Origin: Eledone cirrhosa
Taxonomy: Eukaryota
Assembly (NCBI GenBank): GCA_964016885.1
Contig: OZ024742.1
Location: 349,246,001 to 349,310,000 of the forward strand
Length of the DNA stretch: 64,000 nucleotides
Reading direction: 5' to 3'
How positions within the stretch are numbered: position 1 is the stretch's first letter; the number at the start of each line of letters is the position of its first letter. Below, one piece after another: positions 51,901 through 64,000 of this stretch. Position numbers and translations under genes: made by a program. A model generated the notes under the pieces. That model did not search any database and was not told where the DNA came from. It saw only the letters and a list, made by a program, of their open reading frames with translations.

Positions 51901-54900
51901 TGATATCATCGCAGTACCCTGTCTAGAACTCTAGAACTCTGATATCATTGCAGTACCTTGTCTAAAATTCTATGACTCTGATATCATCGCAGTACCCTGT
52001 CTAAAACTCCATAACTCTGATATCATCGCTGTACCCTGTCTAAAACTCTATATCTCTGATATAATTGCAGTACCCTGTCTAAAACTCTATAACTCTGATA
52101 TCATCGCAGTACCTGTCTAAAACTCTATAACTCTGATACCATCGCAGTACCCTGTCTAAAACTCTATAACTCTGATATCATCGCAGTACCCTGTCTAGAA
52201 CTCTATAACTCTGATATCATCGCAGAACCCTGGCTAAAACTCTCTAACTCTGATATCATTGCAGAACCCTGTCTAAAATTCTATAACTCTAATATCATCG
52301 CATTACCCTGTCTAAAACTATACAACTCTGATATCATTGCAGTACCCAGTCTAAAATTCTATAACTCTGATATCATCGCAGTACCCTGTCTAAAACTATA
52401 TATCTCTGATATCATTGCGGTACCCTGTCTAAAACTCTATAACTCTGATATCATCGCAGTACCCTGTTTAAATCTCTATAACTCTGATATCATTGCAGTA
52501 CCCTGTCTAGAACTCTATAACTCTGGTATCATCGCAGTACCCTGTCTAAAACTCTATAACTCTGATATCATCGCAGTACTTGTCTACAACTCTATAACTC
52601 TGATATCATCGCAGTACCCTGTCTAAAACTCTATAACTCCGATATCATCGCAGTACCCTGTCTAAAACTCTATAACTCTGATATCATCGCAGTACCTGTC
52701 TACAACTCCATAACTCTGATATCATCGCAGTACCTGTCTAAAACTCTATAACTCTGATATCATTGCAGTACCCTGTCTAAAACTCTCTAACTCTGATATC
52801 ATCGCAGTACCCTGTCTAGAACTCTATAACTCTGGTATCATCGCAGTACCCTGTCTAAAACTCTATAACTCTGATATCATCGCAGTACCTGTCTACAACT
52901 CTATAACTCTGATATCATCGCAGTACCCTATCTAGAACTCTATAACACTGATATCATCGCAGTACCCTGTCTAAAACTCTATAACTCTGATATCATCGCA
53001 GTACCCTGTCTAGAACTCTATAACTCTGATATCATTGCAGTACCTTGTCTAAAATTCTATGACTCTGATATCATCGCAGTACCCTGTCTAAAACTCCATA
53101 ACTCTGATATCATCGCAGTACCCTGTCTAAAACTCTATATCTCTGATATAATTGCAGTACCCTGTCTAAAACTCTATAACTCTAATATCATCGCAGTACC
53201 TGTCTAAAACTCTATAACTCTGATACCATCGCAGTACCCTGTCTAAAACTCTATAACTCTGATATCATCGCAGTACCCTGTCTAGAACTCTATAACTCTG
53301 ATATTATCGCAGAACCCTGTCTAAAACTCTCTAACTCTGATATCATTGCAGTACCCTGTCTAAAATTCTATAACTCTGATATCATCGCAGAACCCTGTCT
53401 AAAACTCTCTAACTCTGATATCATTGCAGAACCCTGTCTAAAATTCTATAACTCTAATATCATCGCAGTACCCTGTCTAAAACTCTATAACTCTGATATC
53501 ATTGCAGTACCCAGTCTAAAATTCTATAACTCTGATATCATCGCAGTACCCTGTCTAAAACTATATATCTCTGATATCATTGCGGTACCCTGTCTAAAAC
53601 TCTATAACTCTGATATCATCGCAGTACCCTGTTTAAATCTCTATAACTCTGATATCATCGCAGTACCCTGTCTAGAACTCTATAACTCTGGTATCATCGC
53701 AGTACCCTGTCTAAAACTCTATAACTCTGATATCATCGCAGTACCTGTCTACAACTCTATAACTCTGATATCATCGCAGTACCCTATCTAGAACTCTATA
53801 ACACTGATATCATCGCAGTACCCTGTCTAAAACTCTATAACTCTGATATCATCGCAGTACCCTGTCTAGAACTCTATAACTCTGATATCATTGCAGTACC
53901 TTGTCTAAAATTCTATGACACTTATATCATCGCAGTACCCTGTCTAAAACTCCATAACTCTGATATCATCGCAGTACCCTGTCTAAAACTCTATATCTCT
54001 GATATAATTGCAGTACCCTGTCTAAAACTCTATAACTCTGATATCATCGCAGTACCTGTCTAAAACTCTATAACTCTGATACCATCGCAGTACCCTGTCT
54101 AAAACTCTATAACTCTGATATCATCGCAGTACCCTGTCTAGAACTCTATAACTCTGATATCATCGCAGAACCCTGTCTAAAACTCTCTAACTCTGATATC
54201 ATTGCAGTACCCTGTCTAAAATTCTATAACTCTGATATCATCGCAGAACCCTGTCTAAAACTCTCTAACTCTGATATCATTGCAGAACCCTGTCTAAAAT
54301 TCTATAACTCTAATATCATCGCAGTACCCTGTCTAAAACTCTATAACTCTGATATCATTGCAGTACCCAGTCTAAAATTCTATAACTCTGATATCATCGC
54401 AGTACCCTGTCTAAAACTATATATCTCTGATATCATTGCGGTACCCTGTCTAAAACTCTATAACTCTGATATCATCGCAGTACCCTGTTTAAATCTCGAT
54501 AACTCTGATATCATCGCAGTACCCTGTCTAGAACTCTATAACTCTGGTATCATCGCAGTACCCTGTCTAAAACTCTATAACTCTGATATCATCGCAGTAC
54601 CTGTCTACAACTCTATAACTCTGATATCATCGCAGTACCCTATCTAGAACTCTATAACACTGATATCATCGCAGTACCCTGTCTAAAACTCTATAACTCT
54701 GATATCATCGCAGTACCCTGTTTAAATCTCTATAACTCTGATATCATCGCAGTACCCTGTCTAGAACTCTATAACTCTGGTATCATCGCAGTACCCTGTC
54801 TAAAACTCTATAACTCTGATATCATCGCAGTACCTGTCTACAACTCTATAACTCTGATATCATCGCAGTACCCTATCTAGAACTCTATAACACTGATATC

Positions 54901-57900
54901 ATCGCAGTACCCTGTCTAAAACTCTATAATTCTGATATCATCGCAGTACCCTGTCTAGAACTCTATAACTCTGATATCATTGCAGTACCTTGTCTAAAAT
55001 TCTATAACTCTGATATCATCGCAGTACCCTGTCTAAAACTCCATAACTCTGATATCATCGCAGTACCCTGTCTAAAACTCTATATCTCTGATATAATTGC
55101 AGTACCCTGTCTAAAACTCTATAACTCTGATATCATCGCAGTACCCTGTCTAGAACTCTATAACTCTGATATCATCGCAGAACCCTGGCTAAAACTCTCT
55201 AACTCTGATATCATTGCAGAACCCTGTCTAAAATTCTATAACTCTAATATCATCGCATTACCCTGTCTAAAACTATACAACTCTGATATCATTGCAGTAC
55301 CCAGTCTAAAATTCTATAACTCTGATATCATCGCAGTACCCTGTCTAAAACTATATATCTCTGATATCATTGCGGTACCCTGTCTAAAACTCTATAACTC
55401 TGATATCATCGCAGTACCCTGTTTAAATCTCTATAACTCTGATATCATTGCAGTACCCTGTCTAGAACTCTATAACTCTGGTATCATCGCAGTACCCTGT
55501 CTAAAACTCTATAACTCTGATATCATCGCAGTACCTGTCTACAACTCTATAACTCTGATATCATCGCAGTACCCTGTCTAAAACTCTATAACTCCGATAT
55601 CATCGCAGTACCCTGTCTAAAACTCTATAACTCTGATATCATCGCAGTACCTGTCTACAACTCCATAACTCTGATATCATCGCAGTACCTGTCTAAAACT
55701 CTATAACTCTGATATCATTGCAGTACCCTGTCTAAAACTCTCTAACTCTGATATCATCGCAGTACCCTGTCTAGAACTCTATAACTCTGGTATCATCGCA
55801 GTACCCTGTCTAAAACTCTATAACTCTGATATCATCGCAGTACCTGTCTACAACTCTATAACTCTGATATCATCGCAGTACCCTATCTAGAACTCTATAA
55901 CACTGATATCATCGCAGTACCCTGTCTAAAACTCTATAACTCTGATATCATCGCAGTACCCTGTCTAGAACTCTATAACTCTGATATCATTGCAGTACCT
56001 TGTCTAAAATTCTATGACTCTGATATCATCGCAGTACCCTGTCTAAAACTCCATAACTCTGATATCATCGCAGTACCCTGTCTAAAACTCTATATCTCTG
56101 ATATAATTGCAGTACCCTGTCTAAAACTCTATAACTCTAATATCATCGCAGTACCTGTCTAAAACTCTATAACTCTGATACCATCGCAGTACCCTGTCTA
56201 AAACTCTATAACTCTGATATCATCGCAGTACCCTGTCTAGAACTCTATAACTCTGATATTATCGCAGAACCCTGTCTAAAACTCTCTAACTCTGATATCA
56301 TTGCAGTACCCTGTCTAAAATTCTATAACTCTGATATCATCGCAGAACCCTGTCTAAAACTCTCTAACTCTGATATCATTGCAGAACCCTGTCTAAAATT
56401 CTATAACTCTAATATCATCGCAGTACCCTGTCTAAAACTCTATAACTCTGATATCATTGCAGTACCCAGTCTAAAATTATATAACTCTGATATCATCGCA
56501 GTACCCTGTCTAAAACTATATATCTCTGATATCATTGCGGTACCCTGTCTAAAACTCTATAACTCTGATATCATCGCAGTACCCTGTTTAAATCTCTATA
56601 ACTCTGATATCATCGCAGTACCCTGTCTAGAACTCTATAACTCTGGTATCATCGCAGTACCCTGTCTAAAACTCTATAACTCTGATATCATCGCAGTACC
56701 TGTCTACAACTCTATAACTCTGATATCATCGCAGTACCCTATCTAGAACTCTATAACACTGATATCATCGCAGTACCCTGTCTAAAACTCTATAACTCTG
56801 ATATCATCGCAGTACCCTGTCTAGAACTCTATAACTCTGATATCATTGCAGTACCTTGTCTAAAATTCTATGACACTTATATCATCGCAGTACCCTGTCT
56901 AAAACTCCATAACTCTGATATCATCGCAGTACCCTGTCTAAAACTCTATATCTCTGATATAATTGCAGTACCCTGTCTAAAACTCTATAACTCTGATATC
57001 ATCGCAGTACCTGTCTAAAACTCTATAACTCTGATACCATCGCAGTACCCTGTCTAAAACTCTATAACTCTGATATCATCGCAGTACCCTGTCTAGAACT
57101 CTATAACTCTGATATCATCGCAGAACCCTGTCTAAAACTCTCTAACTCTGATATCATTGCAGTACCCTGTCTAAAATTCTATAACTCTGATATCATCGCA
57201 GAACCCTGTCTAAAACTCTCTAACTCTGATATCATTGCAGAACCCTGTCTAAAATTCTATAACTCTAATATCATCGCAGTACCCTGTCTAAAACTCTATA
57301 ACTCTGATATCATTGCAGTACCCAGTCTAAAATTCTATAACTCTGATATCATCGCAGTACCCTGTCTAAAACTATATATCTCTGATATCATTGCGGTACC
57401 CTGTCTAAAACTCTATAACTCTGATATCATCGCAGTACCCTGTTTAAATCTCGATAACTCTGATATCATCGCAGTACCCTGTCTAGAACTCTATAACTCT
57501 GGTATCATCGCAGTACCCTGTCTAAAACTCTATAACTCTGATATCATCGCAGTACCTGTCTACAACTCTATAACTCTGATATCATCGCAGTACCCTATCT
57601 AGAACTCTATAACACTGATATCATCGCAGTACCCTGTCTAAAACTCTATAACTCTGATATCATCGCAGTACCCTGTTTAAATCTCTATAACTCTGATATC
57701 ATCGCAGTACCCTGTCTAGAACTCTATAACTCTGGTATCATCGCAGTACCCTGTCTAAAACTCTATAACTCTGATATCATCGCAGTACCTGTCTACAACT
57801 CTATAACTCTGATATCATCGCAGTACCCTATCTAGAACTCTATAACACTGATATCATCGCAGTACCCTGTCTAAAACTCTATAATTCTGATATCATCGCA

Positions 57901-60900
57901 GTACCCTGTCTAGAACTCTATAACTCTGATATCATTGCAGTACCTTGTCTAAAATTCTATAACTCTGATATCATCGCAGTACCCTGTCTAAAACTCCATA
58001 ACTCTGATATCATCGCAGTACCCTGTCTAAAACTCTATATCTCTGATATAATTGCAGTACCCTGTCTAAAACTCTATAACTCTGATATCATCGCAGTACC
58101 TGTCTAAAACACTATAACTCTGATATCATCGCAGTACCCTGTCTAAAACTCTATAACTCCGATATCATCGCAGAACCCTGTCTAAAACTCTATAACTCTG
58201 ATATCATTGCAGTAGCCTGTCTAAAATTCTATAACTCTGATATCATCGCAGTACCCTGTCTAGAACTCTATATCTCTGATATCATCGCAGTTCCCTGTCT
58301 AAAATTATATAACTCTGATATCATTGCGGTACCCTGTCTAAAACTCTATAACTCTGATATCATCGCAGTACCCTGTTTAAATCTCTATAACTCTGATATC
58401 ATCGCAGTACCCTGTCTAGAACTCTATAACTCTGATATCATCGCAGTACCCTGTTTAAAACTCTATAACTCCGATATCATCGCAGTACCCTGTCTAAAAC
58501 TCTATAACTCTGATATCATCGCAGTACCTGTCTACAACTCCATAACTCTGATATCATCGCAGTACCCTGTCTAAAACTCTATAACTCTGATATCATCGCA
58601 GTACCTGTCTAAAACTCTATAACTCTGATATCATTGCAGTACCCTGTCTAAAACTCTCTAACTCTGATATCATCGCAGTACCCTGTCTAGAACTCTATAA
58701 CTCTGGTATCATCGCAGTACCCTGTCTAAAACTCTATAACTCTGATATCATCGCAGTACCTGTCTACAACTCTATAACTCTGATATCATCGCAGTACCCT
58801 ATCTAGAACTCTATAACACTGATATCATCGCAGTACCCTGTCTAAAACTCTATAACTCTGATATCATCGCAGTACCCTGTCTAGAACTCTATAACTCTGA
58901 TATCATTGCAGTACCTTGTCTAAAATTCTATAACTCTGATATCATCGCAGTACCTGTCTAAAACTCTATAACTCTGATATCATCGCAGTACCCTGTCTAA
59001 AACTCTATAACTCTGATATCATCGCAGTACCCTGTCTAGAACTCTATAACTCTGATATCATCGCAGAACCCTGTCTAAAACTCTCTAACTCTGATATCAT
59101 TGCAGTACCCTGTCTAAAATTCTATAACTCTGATATCATCGCAGAACCCTGTCTAAAACTCTCTAACTCTGATATCATTGCAGAACCCTGTCTAAAATTC
59201 TATAACTCTGATATCATCGCAGTACCCTGTCTAAAACTCTATAACTCTGATATCATTGCAGTACCCAGTCTAAAATTCTATAAGTCTGATATCATCGCAA
59301 TACCCTGTCTAAAACTATGTATCTCTGATATCATTGCGGTACCCTGTCTAAAACTCTATAACTCTGATATCATCGCAGTACCCTGTTTTAATCTCTATAA
59401 CTCTGATATCATCGCAGTACCCTGTCTAGAACTCTATAACTCTGGTATCATCGCAGTACCCTGTCTAAAACTCTATAACTCTGATATCATCGCAGTACCT
59501 GTCTACAACTCTATAACTCTGATATCATCGCAGTACCCTATCTAGAACTCTATAACACTGATATCATCGCAGTACCCTGTCTAAAACTCTATAACTCTGA
59601 TATCATCGCAGTACCCTGTTTAAATCTCTATAACTCTGATATCATCGCAGTACCCTGTCTAGAACTCTATAACTCTGGTATCATCGCAGTACCCTGTCTA
59701 AAACTCTATAACTCTGATATCATCGAAGTACCTGTCTACAACTCTATAACTCTGATATCATCGCAGTACCCTATCTAGAACTCTATAACACTGATATCAT
59801 CGCAGTACCCTGTCTAAAACTCTATAACTCTGATATCATCGCAGTACCCTGTCTAGAACTCTATAACTCTGATATCATTGCAGTACCTTGTCTAAAATTC
59901 TATAACTCTGATATCATCGCAGTACCCTGTCTAAAACTCCATAACTCTGATATCATCGCAGTACCCTGTCTAAAACTCTATATCTCTGATATAATTGCAG
60001 TACCCTGTCTAAAACTCTATAACTCTGATATCATCGCAGTACCTGTCTAAAACACTATAACTCTGATATCATCGCAGTACCCTGTCTAAAACTCTATAAC
60101 TCCGATATCATCGCAGAACCCTGTCTAAAACTCTATAACTCTGATATCATTGCAGTACCCTGTCTAAAATTCTATAACTCTGATATCATCGCAGTACCCT
60201 GTCTAGAACTCTATATCTCTGATATCATCGCAGTACCCTGTCTAAAACTATATAACTCTGATATCATCGCAGTACCCTGTTTAAATCTCTATAACTCTGA
60301 TATCATCGCAGTACCCTGTCTAGGACTCTATAACTCTGATATCATCGCAGTACCCTGTCTAAAACTCTATAACTCTGATATCATCGCAATACCCTATCTA
60401 GAACTCTATAACACTGATATCATCGCAGTACCCTGTCTAAAACTCTATAACTCTGATATCATCGCAGTACCCTGTCTAGAACTCTATAACTCTGATATCA
60501 TTGCAGTACCTTGTCTAAAATTCTATAACTCTGATATCATCGCAGTACCTGTCTAAAACTCTATAACTCTGATATCATCGCAGTACCCTGTCTAGAACTC
60601 TATAACTCTGATATCATCGCAGAACCCTGTCTAAAACTATATAACTCTGATATCATTGCAGTACCCTGTCTAAAATTCTATAACTCTGATATCATCGCAG
60701 AACCCTGTCTAAAACTCTCTAACTCTGATATCATTGCAGAACCCTGTCTAAAATTCTATAACTCTGATATCATCGCAGTACCCTGTCTAAAACTCTATAA
60801 CTCTGATATCATTGCAGTACCCAGTCTAAAATTCTATAACTCTGATATCATCGCAGTACCCTGTCTAAAACTATATATCTCTGATATCATTGCGGTACCC

Positions 60901-63900
60901 TGTCTAAAACTCTATAACTCTGATATCATCGCAGTACCCTGTTTAAATCTCTATAACTCTGATATCATCGCAGTACCCTGTCTAGAACTCTATAACTCTG
61001 GTATCATCGCAGTACCCTGTCTAAAACTCTATAACTCTGATATCATCGCAGTACCTGTCTACAACTCTATAACTCTGATATCATCGCAGTACCCTATCTA
61101 GAACTCTATAACACTGATATCATCGCAGTACCCTGTCTAAAACTCTATAACTCTGATATCATCGCAGTACCCTGTTTAAATCTCTATAACTCTGATATCA
61201 TCGCAGTACCCTGTCTAGAACTCTATAACTCTGGTATCATCGCAGTACCCTGTCTAAAACTCTATAACTCTGATATCATCGCAGTACCTGTCTACAACTC
61301 TATAACTCTGATATCATCGCAGTACCCTATCTAGAACTCTATAACACTGATATCATCGCAGTACCCTGTCTAAAACTCTATAACTCTGATATCATCGCAG
61401 TACCCTGTCTAGAACTCTATAACTCTGATATCATTGCAGTACCTTGTCTAAAATTCTATAACTCTGATATCATCGCAGTACCCTGTCTAAAACTCCATAA
61501 CTCTGATATCATCGCAGTACCCTGTCTAAAACTCTATATCTCTGATATAATTGCAGTACCCTGTCTAAAACTCTATAACTCTGATACCATCGCAGTACCT
61601 GTCTAAAACACTATAACTCTGATATCATCGCAGTACCCTGTCTAAAACTCTATAACTCCGATATCATCGCAGAACCCTGTCTAAAACTCTATAACTCTGA
61701 TATCATTGCAGTACCCTGTCTAAAATTCTATAACTCTGATATCATCGCAGTACCCTGTCTAGAACTCTATATCTCTGATATCATCGCAGTACCCTGTCTA
61801 AAACTATATAACTCTGATATCATTGCGGTACCCTGTCTAAAACTCTATAACTCTGATATCATCGCAGTACCCTGTTTAAATCTCTATAACTCTGATATCA
61901 TCGCAGTACCCTGTCTAGAACTCTATAACTCTGATATCATCGCAGTACCCTTTTTAAAACTCTATAACTCCGATATCATCGCAGTACCCTGTCTAAAACT
62001 CTATAACTCTGATATCATCGCAGTACCTGTCTACAACTCCATAACTCTGATATCATCGCAGTACCCTGTCTAAAACTCTATAACTCTGATATCATCGCAG
62101 TACCTGTCTTAAACTCTCTAACTCTGATATCATCGCAGTACCCTGTCTAGAACTCTATAACTCTGGTATCATCGCAGTACCCTGTCTAAAACTCTATAAC
62201 TCTGATATCATCGCAGTACCTGTCTACAACTCTATAACTCTGATATCATCGCAGTACCCTATCTAGAACTCTATAACACTGATATCATCGCAGTACCCTG
62301 TCTAAAACTCTATAACTCTGATATCATCGCAGTACCCTGTCTAGAACTCTATAACTCTGATATCATTGCAGTACCTTGTCTAAAATTCTATAACTCTGAT
62401 ATCATCGCAGTACCTGTCTAAAACTCTATAACTCTGATATCATCGCAGTACCCTGTCTAAAACTCTATAACTCTGATATCATCGCAGTACCCTGTCTAGA
62501 ACTCTATAACTCTGATATCATCGCAGAACCCTGTCTGAAACTCTCTAACTCTGATATCATTGCAGTACTCTGTCTAAAATTCTATAACTCTGATATCATC
62601 GCAGAACCCTGTCTAAAACTCTCTAACTCTGATATCATTGCAGAACCCTGTCTAAAATTCTATAACTCTGATATCATCGCAGTACCCTGTCTAAAACTCT
62701 ATAACTCTGATATCATTGCAGTACCCAGTCTAAAATTCTATAACTCTGATATCATCGCAGTACCCTGTCTAAAACTATATATCTCTGATATCATTGCGGT
62801 ACCCTGTCTAAAACTCTATAACTCTGATATAATCGCAGTACCATGTTTAAATCTCTATAACTCTGATATCATCGCAGTACCCTGTCTAGAACTCTATAAC
62901 TCTGGTATCATCGCAGTACCCTGTCTAAAACTCTATAACTCTGATATCATTGCAGTATCCTGTCTAAAACTCTCTAACTCTGATATCATCGCAGTACCCT
63001 GTCTAAAACTCTATAACTCTGATATCATCGCAGTACCCTGTCTAAAACTCTATAACTCTGATAACATCGCAAAACCCTGTCTAAATCTCTATAACTCTGA
63101 TATCATCGCAGTAGCCTGTCTAGAACTCTATAACTCTGATATCATCGCAGTACCCTGTCTAGAACTCTATAACTCTGATATCATTGCAGTACCCTTTTTA
63201 AAATTCTATAACTCTGATATCATCGCAGAACCCTGTCTAAAACACTCTAACTCTGATATCATTGCAGTACCCTGTCTAAAATTCTATAACTCTGATATCA
63301 TCGCAGAACCCTGTCTAAAACTCTCTAACTCTGATACCATTGCAGAACCCTGTCTAAAATTCTATAACTCTGATATCATCGCAGTACCCTGTCTAAAACT
63401 CTATAACTCTGATATCATTGCAGTACCCTTTTTAAAATTCTATATCTCTGATATCATCGCAGTACCCTGTCTAAAACTATATAACTCTGATATCATTGCG
63501 GTACCCTGTCTAAAACTCTATAACTCTGATATCATCGCAGTACCCTGTTTAAATCTCTATAACTCTGATATCATCGCAGTACCCTGTCTAGAACTCTATA
63601 ACTCTGGTATCATCGCAGTACCCTGTCTAAAACTCTATAACTCTGATATCATCGCAGTACCTGTCTACAACTCTATAACTCTGATATCATCGCAGTACCC
63701 TATCTAGAACTCTATAACATTGATATCATCGCAGTACCCTGTCTAAAACTCTATAACTCTGATATCATCGCAGTACCCTGTCTAGAACTCTATAACTCTG
63801 ATATCATTGCAGTACCTTGTCTAAAATTCTATAACTCTGATATCATCGCAGTACCCTGTCTAAAACTCCATAACTCTGATATCATCGCAGTACCCTGTCT

Positions 63901-64000
63901 AAAACTCTATATCTCTGATATAATTGCAGTACCCTGTCTAAAACTCTATAACTCTGATATCATCGCAGTACCTGTCTAAAACACTATAACTCTGATATCA
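18967..64000. repeat. 39-bp satellite DNA array, consensus GTACCCTGTCTAAAACTCTATAACTCTGATATCATCGCA, roughly 1150 head-to-tail monomers, continuing past the window end
   Basis: Continuous tandem array in a single orientation, with no insertion seen. Recurrent point variants and 38-bp (GTACCTGTC) deletion monomers. Copy number estimated as length/39. Confidence 0.99.

Noticed and set aside
18967-64000. CRISPR-like array
   Set aside because: Monomers are directly head-to-tail with no unique spacers, there are no cas genes, and the context is eukaryotic.
18808-64000. Giant repetitive protein: 39 bp = 13 codons with one open frame (VPCLKLYNSDIIA), entered by ORF 18808-19104
   Set aside because: Frequent 38-bp monomers shift the frame, TAG variants occur (first at 19102-19104), and the substitutions show no evident codon-position bias.

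Overview
This is eukaryotic, repeat-dominated DNA with no recognisable host gene, no RNA gene and no CRISPR array. The abundant SINE and the microsatellite landscape resemble what I recall from octopod/cephalopod genomes; that assignment is an inference. Positions 1-19 kb are a mosaic of decayed mobile elements. There are three Penelope-like retroelement (PLE) pieces, one with an inverted, rearranged second copy. There is also a hAT-related DDE transposon pseudogene, a Tc2/pogo-type MITE, several tRNA-derived SINE copies, 22-bp and 41-bp minisatellites and many (TA)n/(CA)n/(GA)n tracts. Reading by eye, I found four minimal type-I hammerhead ribozyme motifs (2101, 9722, 10688 on the minus strand, 16664). 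One lies in a ~430-bp non-coding element that also has a 5' palindrome, an octamer motif and two CCAAT boxes. From 18967 to the window end (~45 kb) is a single 39-bp satellite array of roughly 1150 monomers. It has a local 22-monomer higher-order unit and nested multi-kb near-identical duplications. Almost all ORFs in the supplied track outside the transposon relics are microsatellite artefacts.
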